From the NCBI GenBank assembly GCA_964252035.1, contig OZ176201.1: 64,000 bases of DNA, one strand, 5' to 3'. Numbering within the stretch: position 1 is the first letter of the stretch; every line of letters begins with the position of its first letter. This document shows, piece by piece, positions 13,999-25,496 of the stretch. Both the position numbers and the translations under genes were made by a program. Source of the DNA: Podarcis erhardii. Taxonomy: Eukaryota. The notes under the pieces are model-generated. The model was not told where the DNA came from. It did no database searches and was given only the letters and a program-made list of their open reading frames with translations.

Positions 13999-15374
13999 CA
14001 TTTATTAGATGGCTTAGAGCAGTCTATCTGCTCTAAGCCATCTGGGGTTGATGAGAGACATAGCCCAAAACATCTGGAGGACTCCAAGCTGAGGAAAGAA
14101 GCAGCTCTTAAACTGAGTTTGCCCATCACTGTTTAAAAATCCCATTCAACGACACAGAATCATTTAGGAAGTCACTTTCCACTGCTAAGGTGCTTTACAT
14201 TATGTTGAGTGTTCAATGCCGGTCAACAAATATTATGCACTGTAGTGTATTTGGAATAGAGAATGGCAATGCAGAGGTATGATATTGCTCCTGGCAACAG
14301 AAAACATTTCCAGGAAACTGAGACTGCAATGAAATGTTATCAAATTATTGCTGCAATTGCCCTTGTTCATGGATGAGCAATGGGTCGAGACCAATACCCA
14401 AGAGGCCAACAGCCTGAGGGAGTAGAACAAAAGCATGTGGAAGTCAGTTCTTAATGCCCCGGAGTTGAAGAACAAAAGGAGTAGATAGAGCACTTGCAGC
14501 CAGTCCTCAGTCCTTAGCTTTGAATGCCAGGATGGAAAGCCTTCCTAGGTCACATTAGCTATCAAATGCAAGCCATATTAAAAAAGAGGTAACCCCAAAG
14601 AACATTTGAGGTTTCCCTGGCTGGAAACGGGTCCCCAAGGAGGCGACAAATGCTCAAAAGGAATCTGACACAAGGCAGAAAACCTTTTTTTAATGGCAAG
14701 GGATATTCTGATTGTCCAGGGATTTGCTCTAATGACAGTTTACTTTCCTTTAGCAAAAACAAACATGTCAAGCAACTCCAATGAGGTAAAAGGCTGCAGT
14801 GCAGAAAGAATTCAGCTACCAGAAATGGAAGGCACAAAAATTCCTCAAACCAGAAGGCAGCCTAAAGTCACTTCCAGAAAAAGAATATACAGTATTGTCT
14901 TGGTTTGATTTCACACAATTTTCATTATATGTTACCATCAAGTGGTTGTTACCCAGAATATTCCTGTAGTTTTCCATCACTTTTCTCACTACAGAAGGTC
15001 CAGGTGATTTGTTGCCATTTGCTCCATTTAGCCGTTGTTCTTCATAATGAACCTACTGTACTTGCTTTGTGGCAGGTTATGAAGGTGTGCTCTTGTTGTG
15101 TAAAGGGTATATAATGGCACCTGCACAACAGTGCAACTGTCTGGAAGGGCCCTAACTTTTTCATACTTTGTTCTCCCTCCATTACATCAGGCTTGATAAG
15201 TGTTTTCTTATGGTCTTACAGGAGTGCTTGTATTCTTTTAAAAAGCCCTGCCTGTTCTTCCAACTCTAGGAGATAATGAATTAAAATTTACCTTTAGGGT
15301 TGGTGGAGTGAACAGGGCTGTGGAGAATAGCTGCAACAATATTCAACTTCCAAAGGGAATTACCCACTCATTTA

Positions 15375-15829
15375 GGTTGCAAGCCTAGACACTTACCTGG
15401 GAGCAAGTCTCATTGAACAAAATAGGGTTTACTTTCAAGTAAACATGCGTGGGGGGATGTGGGTGGCGCTGTGGGTTAAACCAGAGCCTAGGACTTGCCG
15501 ATCAGAAGGTTGGCGGTTTGAATCCCTGTGATGGGGTGAGCTCCTTTTGCTCGGTCCCAGCTCCTGCCCACCTAGCAGCTCAAAAGCACATCAAAGTGCA
15601 AGTAGATAAATAGATACCACTCAGGCGGGAAGGTAAACGGGCGTTTCCATGCGCAGCTCTGGTTTGCCAGAAGCGGCTTAGTCATGCTGACCACATGACC
15701 CGGAAGCTGTACGCCGGCTCCCTTGGCCAAGAAAGCGAGATGAGCACCGCAACCCCAGAGTCGGTCACAACTGGACCTAATGGTCAGGGGTCCCTTTACC
15801 TTTACCTAAACATGTGTGAGATTGCTGTG
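15375..15829. mobile_element. Harbinger-like hairpin MITE split by a Sauria SINE
   Basis: tta|ggttgcaagcc...gagattgctgtg|tta; both halves match the family seen at 19609 and 24085. Confidence 0.6.
15451..15806 (+). mobile_element. Sauria SINE (tRNA-derived), full length
   Basis: A-box-like TGGCGCTGTGG, B-box-like GGTTTGAATCCC, Sauria body (aagtgcaagtagataaatag, catgacccggaag) and a (TTTACC)n tail; ~11-bp TSD taaacatg(c/t)gt. Confidence 0.93.
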
Positions 15830-15991
15830 TTACTGTGCTGGTGCTAAGTGGGAAATGTGGCACTGCAAAAATGATTGCTTTCATGTGGTCTGTGTTGTAA
15901 GTACTGTAGAATGAGTAGTTTGCAAATTGTAAAACAAGTAATGTTTGACTAAACGCTTAAAAAAAAAAAACCACACACATACATTATTCTG

Positions 15992-16127
15992 ATAAAAAGA
16001 GCCCTGCTGGATCAGGCCAGTGGCCCATCTAGCCCAGCATCCTGTTCTCACAATTGCCAACCAAATGCCAACAAGAACCCCACAAGCAAAAAACAGCATT
16101 CTCCTGATCTGTGATTCCCAGCAACTG
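15992..16127 (-). mobile_element. CR1-type LINE 3' end fragment
   Basis: Reverse complement reads ...aacaggatgctgggctagatgggccactggcctgatccagcagggctc, matching the 3' end of the copy at 51570-51752. Confidence 0.7.
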
Positions 16128-16227
16128 TTTTTTTTAAAAAAACAGGGATTGTGGTGAGGAAGAGTACCAAGCAGCAACTCGGCTCCCTCAGCTACCATGG
16201 CAGCTATAAAAAAAGACAAGTAGCATG

Positions 16228-16756
16228 CCAGGGATAATTACAGTTCTGGTCAGCTCACCTCATAAAGAATATTGTAGAATTAGAAAATGCTCAGAAACAG
16301 GCAGCCAAAATAACCAAGGGACTTTTTAGTTTAGAGAAAAGGCAAGTGACACAATAGTTTATAAAATTCTGCATGGGCTGGAGAAACTGGAGAGAGTATT
16401 TCTTTTTCTCAACACTAGAACTTGTGAACATCCAACGAAGCTGAATGCTGGAAGATTTGGGAAAAATAAAAATAAAGTACTTCTTCACATAGCATATAGT
16501 TAAACTATGGAAATTGCTCCCACAGGAGGCAGTGAATGCAATTTGGACACTTTTAAGGGGACTGGACAAATTTATGGATATGGCAGTCAATGGCTACTAA
16601 CCAGAATGGCTTGATTCTGCCCCCACTGTAGGGCCAATATGCTTCTGAATACCAGCTGCTGATAATCACAGGTGAGAAGAGCCATTTGGCTTCTGGTGAG
16701 AACTGGATTCGGGACTAGGAGGGCCTTTAGCCTCATTTGGCAGTCTCCTCTTGATG
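16228..16756 (+). mobile_element. CR1 LINE 3' fragment (ORF2 C-terminus plus 3' UTR), degenerate
   Basis: cagttctggtcagctcacctcataaagaatattgtagaattagaaaatgctcagaaacaggcagccaaaataaccaaggg corresponds to the CR1 QFWSPHLKKDIVELEKVQKRATKMIKG region; downstream CR1-like cttcttcacatagc...gttaaactatgg. Confidence 0.8.
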
Positions 16757-17664
16757 GTATACTGTGGTATAAACTCCACTCTTTATAGGCTTTACAGGAA
16801 AACTGGTTACAAAGTTTATATGTGTGTTGATATTACTATTAATAGTTTTATCATAATGCATAGGGCAACCACAATGAAGTGCACCATCTGCTATGGTGAT
16901 GACTTAGTCTGACAATAGCAGGCATCCATTATTTTTAACATCTTGGTCTCCAGTCAAGGAATGAAATGGATTTTGTTCCCAACTTAGCCTATGGGAAGTG
17001 TAGGTAATAAACTGGTATTGTACATATGTCTGTGCAACTCTACTAAGTGCTTCTCATAATTCATGCTTTAAGTTAACTATGTGGCGTTAACACCAACTGG
17101 GGAAAACATAGCCCCAAAAAAAGTCTACTTGAACATGATAATTCTAGTGCACACCACTATTATTATGCTAACCCACAATTAGGAGAAAGATTCAAATTTG
17201 TGCAACTATTAGAAAGGTATTTTGAGAGAGAGAATTTTAGTTACAGCAGCTGCTCTACACATTATTCTTATTTGGGCTACAGTGACCTCCAGTGTCTGAT
17301 TTTAGATGGCACTTTCTAAGGCCAAAGGCTTTCATCATTATTTTAGCACCCATTTTTTCCAACTGCCACTTATATACAAGAAAATGAAAGGATTCTCACT
17401 GGAGATGCTATACCCTTGGAATTTTAAACTGATTGCTTTCTAATTGAGGGTTCTGGAGCATTCATTTATCAGTCGTTGGTTCGAATTGCTACATTCCCTC
17501 AAAACCAGAAAATTAATTAGACACAAATACACAGATGTAAAAAAGTACCTGAAGTGACATGGGGTAGAAATCAAGGGAGAATACTTTAGGAACTTATCTG
17601 CCACTCTGTACTATAAGTGAAAGAAAGTCAATCAAAAAGCAAAGGTAGGCATGTGGGCTGATAG

Positions 17665-17752
17665 GGAAAAAAATCCAAAATCCGTATTATCTTTATTAGG
17701 CCAATCAAAATGTCACAAAATAGCATCCAAAGTTTCCAAGGCTAGATGGTAA
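17665..17752. mobile_element. Decayed Penelope-like pseudo-LTR fragment
   Basis: ctttattaggccaatcaaaatgtcacaaaatag resembles recalled squamate PLE termini; the ribozyme-bearing segment appears deleted. Confidence 0.4.
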
Positions 17753-18599
17753 ACAAAGCAACCAAGGAGAAGAGGACAGAGTTTGAGTAGTGGTAAAACC
17801 ATTAAATCTGCACCTTATAAATGCCTTGATAGAATGTGGGACGTTGTGGTAGACATCAAAATTTTTATATCTATAACCTACAGCATTTTAGGTCTAATGT
17901 TCCTGTGGGAATTTCAATATCAGTGATGCATAGAAGAGCTTAGTACAAGAATTGCATTTTTTTTCAAAATGTGTGATACTTCCCTTCCATCCCCTCCAGA
18001 CATGATGTTGCTAAAGGAGTGGAGCAGTAGCCTCTAAAACATATGGGAAAGAATCAGATCCTCCTCCACATGGAAGAGAATGTTTTCTGGAAAATAATAC
18101 CAGTCTTTTGTAATTCTCTACATTCCCTTAAAGAAATCCCACTTTTGTGATAGAATCCTACGCCCATCCTGCTAAGTCCTAACCCAGCAACAATAAATCA
18201 TTGGGACAGCAAAGCTCATATTGTCTATTCCCCTGCCAGTCCCAGGATTAGTGGGACACAGAACTATTTTCATCACTGAAAGAGAAAGAGGCTGCATTAG
18301 GATGCAACACTACACCATGCTTTAGCATTCCAAAAATGGGCCTTCTCCTGAATTGGGGATGGGGTGGGGATACATCCAAGTAAACATGCCCAGGATTGCA
18401 CTGTAGGTGGTGGCATTTTCACATTAGGGAAACTTAAGTAAAGTCACTTGCAGCTTAGTTGGCCTGCAGCCCTAACTAAAACAGGTTTACTGGGAAGTCA
18501 GCTCATTAAACACAGAAGGAATTGCTTCCAAATAAACTCACAAAGGATCAAAGTATTAGGTGATTTATACCATCCACCACCCTGGATATTTGTCTAACA

Positions 18600-18700
18600 C
18601 AGAGGTGGGGGACCTTTGGCCCTCCAGATGTTACTAGACTGCAAGGATGACATTGTTATGCCATCATCCCTGACCATTGACCATACCGTCCAGGGCCAAC
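18600..18700. mobile_element. hAT/Charlie-like short MITE, truncated
   Basis: cagaggtgggggacctttggccctccagatgtt...ccatcatccctgaccattg matches 45288. Confidence 0.65.
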
Positions 18701-19608
18701 GAAAGTTGGCTTTTCAGATTTCAGGCTGCAACAAATCCTTTTAGGAAAAAAGAAGCACACAGTGGCCATTTCCTCATCTCTGGAATTATATAAATCTGCT
18801 CAAGTCTGTCTTCCACCTACAAAGGAAGCTGTGTTTTGCCTAAGGATGGAGAAAGACCTGGGTTGTGCTGTGGAGTACACAACAGGTTCATGCACACCAG
18901 CATTTTAGCTAACTAAAATTGGAACCATAGGACAGTACTGAGGAAAAAATGCATCTTGGTAACTAATTTACATGACAAACTACCACTTTTATACAGCTTG
19001 TGTGATACTTCATATTAGTGACCACATACATCCAGGTCACCATCTGAGCACCATTTGATGGGAAAGCGAGACACAAATTTAACAAAGAGGGGCACAGCAG
19101 GCCTGTGCTTGTCAACTACAACAAAAATCTTCAACAGATTTTTCTTTCCAAGTAAAATAAATTTGCCCATGCCATGTGATAAGCAGTGCATCAAAAATCT
19201 CAGGATTTTTTTCAAGTGACTATCCATTGCCTGCTTAGATACATGCAGGTTTTGACCTCTTGGTGTACGCATGCAGAAAATAATTAGGATTACTGACAGT
19301 GAATCATTAATAACTCTATGGTTGTATTATTTTGGTCCTACATTTCCATTCACTGTAACTCCAAAACATTGGCAGAATCAGAAGAAACACAAGACCAATT
19401 TCATTTGCTCAACTCTATTCCACCCAAATTCAATGTCCTTGAGAACAGATTTGACCTTTTGTTGTTAACATTTTTGTGGAGTTTAAATTCTAGGTTTTGC
19501 TTCTGAAAAGAAACAAAATTGCATCACAAACCAGTTGGTCCCATGGCAGTAACCAGCAATTATAAGGAACTAACCAATAGATGTAATGTGAAGAATGATC
19601 TTAACGAA

Positions 19609-19698
19609 GGCTGCAATCCTACATACACTTACTTTCAAATAAGTTCCAATGAACAATGTGGGACTTGCTTTTGAGTAAGCGTGCACAGGAGTGGGCTG
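19609..19698. mobile_element. Harbinger-like hairpin MITE
   Basis: ggctgcaatcct...aggagtgggctg|taa with an internal aagttccaatgaac...gggactt palindrome. Confidence 0.65.
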
Positions 19699-19770
19699 TA
19701 AATCTAAGAAATATTAGCATGTTGAATTAATTTGTATATGGATCACAGCTACATTTTCTCAGTCTATTTT

Positions 19771-19776
19771 TTTATT
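19771..19776 (-). terminator. Candidate distal polyadenylation signal AATAAA
   Basis: Plus-strand tttatt at the end of an AU-rich block. More proximal AATAAA hexamers occur at 22392-22397 and 24979-24984. Confidence 0.4.
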
Positions 19777-22700
19777 ATTATTATTTTAAAAATCTGTGCA
19801 TTCAAGGTGAACGCTGTTACAATCTTCTGTTAGCCTTAAAACATATTTATACAATATATTTACAAATTAAACTTCTTAGCATTATCACTACTGTACAAGA
19901 AAATAAAATAATTTAGGATCTCATGAAAAAAGGTTTACTGTATTCTTATGCCCACAATATATTAATCAAACAATGAGCTCATTCCACCATAGTTTGGTAT
20001 TGCGTGCATGAGCAAAACCATTCCTGGGGCTTGCAGGGTCCCTCCTCCCCTTGCATGGTCAGCCCCAGTATGTAGAGGGAGTGCCGGAACACCAAGCCTG
20101 CCAGAACCAAGTGCCTTGGACAAGATCTCCAGCCAGTCTTACTAGTGCTGGCTAGCCAGCTGTCAGAAAAGCATCACCCAATGGGATTTCACCCTTACTG
20201 GCTTCCAGTTGTCATAGTATCCAAACATGGCAAACTAGGATATGCTTCAAACATAAGTCTTGCTCAACCCTGAACAGGGTATCATCATCCATGTAGGAGA
20301 CACAGGGCTGTGCATGCCCCACACTCCCCAATGTCCCTGTGTGCATCTTCTCCACCCTCCCTGTTACTGTTTATCTGAACCCTTTTACCACTACTGACTT
20401 GGGCAGAAGTAGAAACCTCTGTGCAATCAGGAACCACGAGGGGGTTTCTATTTGTATTCAAAGAAATGCTGGTAAAAGCCCCTTTCAGACCTTTCCTGAT
20501 AAACACAGGAAGGCTGAAGACTGAGCAAGAAGGACCAGGACAGCATGTGACCTTGTGTCTCCTACATGAGTGGACGTTTCCTGTTCAGGCATAACACCTG
20601 AGCAGGGCTACAGTTTGCCCATAAACCGGGATCAAGCTGTGTCTTGAGACTGGGAAGTCAGTTTATGGAAGTCAGTTTAGAAACTATGCCAAACAAGGAG
20701 AGAAATACATGTACATATCTTGAAGCTAAGCTTGCTCATACACGACACCAAACCATGGTTTCACACTGCATATAAAATGTCGCCACTATATTTTTCAGCA
20801 ATGAAACATTTTGGCAGCTACCATTCTTATAGGGTTGACAGGCTATTCCCTTTTACTATTAAATAAAACCTATGAATGGCATGGCAATGTAACAGAATGG
20901 CTGTATTTAAATAGTGCCATTTAAGAAAATTCAAAATTTCATATCATTCCAGATGCTTCAAATGTGAATCAACTTTAATTACACTGTATTATTCTATCTA
21001 TTTGTCCTATGAGTTAATAGGGAGAATGAGCTAATAAGCTTTTGGACAAATATAGCTGCTCGGTTGATAAGCTTCCTAAAACAGAGTATTTTAAGTCATT
21101 GGTGTACAAATAGTGCAAAAAGTAAAACTTCAGTTTTTGTGGCTTAGTTGTGCAATGCTAGCCACAGTCACAGTTAAATATAAAATAGGATCCAGTTGAA
21201 ATGAATTACTTGGGCAAACTTGCACACAAAATTCAAACAGTGCTAAAAGACTGGGGCAATAAAAATAGCTTCATTTCAGATTTTTGTAGAAACAGTGCAG
21301 TGCTGAATACCCCTGAAGATAATGCTTTTGGCTATATCCAAAAGCTGACTGTCTGGAAAACTCCTTCAATTTTTGAGACTGAAAAAACAGGTTGAAGATA
21401 TGCTACAAAAGCAATTTAAATGAGAAAGATGGGGGGGGTACCACAGGCATACTAGCAGTCTCCCTTTGATGTCATGCCAAATTACTTTTTAAGAATTTAA
21501 GTGCATGTGGTTCAGTGATGGGAGTTTCTGGGAAAGGATGTCTGCAAAGCATTTGTCGTCACATGCAGAGCATGGATGCATCCAGGTTTTGGGCCAACAC
21601 ACAACTCTTATGGAAGGTCATCTTATCATCTCATCACAACCTGATAAGCCAGCTTCTAGATAAAAGATTGCCCAACAATTTAATCAAAGAGTATTTGTAG
21701 AAACAGATTTATGAATTTTGGGTATCTCCGAACAGTGTCCGAGGAAATCCATTAAAAGGAGTTAGAGGACAACCAAACCTATTACCATTATTCTGACTTT
21801 TAACAATTTAGCTTCAGAACATTATGTTCAGGTATGAGCAAGACACACACACAAAGAGAGAAATACAGCAGTATTAGTACACAAATACATTGTGCACTGT
21901 TTGTCCAGCCCAACAGTACAGAAAGTGAATCACAACTCAAAGTTCAAAAAAATAAATTCAATTGTTTTCTTATAAATCCAGCAATTTATGATGTTACTAA
22001 TCATGGAAGAAACAATACACTGTTAATTAACACGAAGTCCAGAAGTGTCCTTTTCATAAAATCAAGAGAAGCCAAAGGATTTTCCCTTTTTCAAGCAAAA
22101 ATATACAAGACACCATACACAAATGGCTGATGAGAACTGGGTCCATGGTGTAAGGATTAGACACTAATCATAATGCCACCAAAATCAAAGGAGATCCAAG
22201 AACTCTTCAGAATTATCTTACAAAAATAGCTGCATTAAAATTTGCAAGCTCTAAAGCTATTATTCTCAAGCCCTATAAAAAGGCAACCTTTGAAAGGATC
22301 TGGCTCAGATTATCGGCACAGTACAAATATTAAAAATGCACACACAATGCGAGATATTTCAAATGCGCTTTAAAGGGACTATTGCAGCTGGTTTATTATG
22401 TAGCAATAATATTGCATAGCTGGAAAATGAGGTCACTTGACTTGCACTAACTGCAAGTTTACACACAAAAGTGACATATACCATTTGCTAGTGGGTAAGT
22501 GACTGAGAGCAAGGCCATTTATGGTCCTGACTATTTAAGAACACTCAGTACACCATTTTTTTTTGGCGATTTTTCCAGATGTTATATGGACATAGGTGCC
22601 ATTTCAGAATGAATCATAGATCAGGTTAACTCAAAAATTCACTGCCTGTCAAGGGATATATATGACTGGCATACAGTTTTGGTGGTGAATGGAACAGAAA

Positions 22701-22927
22701 AATCCATTCATGTTCAGTACATGTACATCTGTGTCTGACAACTGATTCATCACATGAGGTAAGGGTGTATTCTTAGTGTTTAAATGATCCTTCAACCAAT
22801 ATGAGAGGGCAAGATTTCATAGTATTTAAATGGCCTTAAGTGGTTTACACATTGCATTTCTTCATGTGGAGGTTGACGGAATAATCTTCTGCCTATTGAG
22901 TGATTCACATCTGCTATTGTGATTGAA

Positions 22928-23020
22928 CAATGCAATCCTTTACATGTCTATTCAGAAGTAAGTTCCACTGAATTCAATGGAGATTAATCCCAGGTAAGTA
23001 GATACAGGGGTGTGGGGCCC
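22928..23020. mobile_element. Harbinger-like hairpin MITE inside the predicted 3' UTR
   Basis: caatgcaatcctttacatgtctattcagaagtaagttccactgaattcaatgg; homologous to 24085. Confidence 0.65.
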
Positions 23021-23674
23021 TAAAGACTGCTGCTATCCTGTGGAGAATCTCCACAGTGCTCTCAAGACATTCAAAGCTACAAAATGGAGATTCTCCACAC
23101 TAAAGAAGTATAAATAATGCAAAGCATTAGAGCTGCAGCCCAGAACTCATACAGAGAGAGACCAGGGGCTATATGTAGCAGACTAATATCCTCCACACAG
23201 AAAGAATAATGCATAAACAGGTCCTGAAAAGAGATTTCCTACCCCAACCCCGGAAGCAATTCATTGGCTGCTGGCTGCATTCTCGGAAATATAAAGGGTG
23301 AAACACATGTAGAAACTGCCATTTTCCTCTTTAAAATACTCAAGTGTTGAGCAAGCAACAACCTGGCTCACTTGTGTTTTGAAGAGTGATTATGCACCCT
23401 GTATGTGCATTCTTCAGGTGTATTTTGTACTATAGTATCTGTGCCAGAGTACAAAAGGTATCATAAGATGTAGCACTGAGACTCTTTTAAGGAATTTGTT
23501 TTGTTTTTATATCCAATTAAGGGATGAAAGCCCTTGTCAAAAATAATAGAATCTTACCTTATTAACACTTGTTCAAAGCAAGTTCAGTTATATATTCTAC
23601 TTCACTCTTGATATTTGGCAAGTGATAAAAAAAGCTGTCTATCTACATAAGAAATAAGTTAAGTGCTCTTCGGG

Positions 23675-23676
<2 letters not shown>

Positions 23677-23714
<38 letters not shown>
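23677..23714. repeat. (AC)19 microsatellite
   Basis: Pure dinucleotide run of 38 bp. Confidence 0.95.
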
Positions 23715-23715
<1 letters not shown>

Positions 23716-24084
23716 ACCTTTAAAATGCACGTAGTAGGGGTTGGAAGAGAAAGGAAGGATATACTTCCTTGTTAATCTTTTGTGGCTGCTTTCCTTAGCA
23801 TTACACATCCCAGAAGAGCTGGAAGTTAGAAGAACACAAACTTTCTAGGAACAAAATAATTCTCAGTTGGATGATGACAGTGAACATAACAGAAGCTTGG
23901 AGGTTTTTAGATTTGAGTTGAGCCAATTAGCTAGACCCAGCTTTCCTTATTTCCCCCAAATCACTTCTCTCTCCCTTTTAGACTAAATGCTTAAAAGTTT
24001 GAGTAACTTCAGTACACAGCTATAATAAGGAAAACAGTGAATATTTGAAAGGTCAGCAGTTATGAAAAATGGCTGGAAGAATTA

Positions 24085-24174
24085 CCATGCAATCCTATAC
24101 ATGTCTACTCAAAAGTAAGCTCCACTGAGTTCAACAGAGCTTACTCCAAGGTGATTATGCACAGCACTGCAGCC
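24085..24174. mobile_element. Harbinger-like hairpin MITE inside the predicted 3' UTR
   Basis: tta|ccatgcaatcct...actgcagcc|tta: TTA on both sides and an internal palindrome agtaagctc / gagcttact. Confidence 0.7.
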
Positions 24175-25440
24175 TTAACCAACTACATGATGGAAGCATT
24201 AAGACACTTAAAGGTTTTTAAATCTTGGGCAACTTGTGGTATTTGGCCAAATGCAAGAGGTATATAGGGATGGGTGACGTTCTAATCTAAACTTGGCTAG
24301 CATTTACTAGATTATTATTCTGGATAGAAGGCTGACCACCCAGTTTGTTATTCAGAAGTCCCATTTGCTCAGATGGGCTTCCCTGGTACTCTCAGCCTTT
24401 GCTCATGACAATATCATCCATGTACAGTATCATCCTACAAGTCACTGTGCTGGATGCAGCTCTCTAAACCTGGCTGTAACCCTGGAATCCACTACTAACT
24501 CCCACCACCACCCTGGAAATCTGGTGACAACCATAGTTGATGAATTTAAAATACTCTTCCATGGTACCCAGATGCCCTTTAAAAAGCAGGTGCAGTTTGG
24601 GTTTTCTGAATTGTTGGCAATAGTCAAGGCGACACCATGTTATGACTCCCCACCCCTTTCAATGTCAACTGTGGTCAGAATTAATTCTGAAATAGCAATA
24701 CCTTCCCCACCACCACCAGCCCACCTCTAGAACCTTACATTTTAGTGTGGTTACTAGTCTTTGGGTAGTTCACGTATGCTTTTACCCTAGAGAAAAACTC
24801 TGCTTGGCTCAACCGACCACATATACAAAATAGGTTTGAAAATTGCAGTTCTACATCTAGGATAAAATTCATACAATGTACACATCCAGTGTCCTAAATA
24901 ACACATTTACAGTAGTCGACTAGTGTATGTACATATGATGGGGGCAATATACCATATGAGCTAGAGCTCCCAGTCTTATTTATTCAGGTCTGGTTTCCTT
25001 TCGAGGGTTGTTTCAAAAATTCCAGTCTCAGTAGTAGATTTGTCTAGAAGGTTTGGTAAGTAAATAGAACATATTATAGTGTATATGCTACTTCAGTAGT
25101 GAAGTATTCCAAAATACCCTTTCTCCTGGTTACATGCCATAGAGATACATTTCCTTGCTCTTGAGAAATTCAGTTCAAACTCAAGTCTTGGCTGTACATA
25201 AAACAGCAGATTGCACCAAGAAAAACAAGCAACACCTCATTTCTGGAACATGTTCACAGCAAGACTTTTCACGTTGCTGCACTGCCCATTGCTGAGCAGA
25301 GGTTGATGGTCTTAGCACATACTTGTCATGCTGGGAGTGCAATATTAGTGTGGCAGTTAAGAGTCAGATTTCAGTATCTTCCAAAACCCACCAAGCAAGA
25401 TGGTCATTATTTCTTGTATTTGCAGTCACTTGAACATGTG

Positions 25441-25469
25441 TCACAATGGTTTATGGATCACAGCTACAC
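25441..25469 (-). CDS. KLHL3: KLHL3 exon 15 coding part (VAVIHKPL*)
   Basis: ttcttcccatgtag|GT GTA GCT GTG ATC CAT AAA CCA TTG TGA; 29 nt in phase 1. Confidence 0.93.
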
Positions 25470-25496
25470 CTACATGGGAAGAAAGTACACATGCAT

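Larger units (their letters stand above)
19750..25440 (-). other. KLHL3: Probable long KLHL3 3' UTR (~5.7 kb)
   Basis: Follows the stop codon. It ends in an AU-rich block typical of mRNA 3' ends (minus strand tttgtaaatatattgtataaatatgtttt...AATAAA). Human KLHL3 has a multi-kb 3' UTR. The true end is inferred only. Confidence 0.45.
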
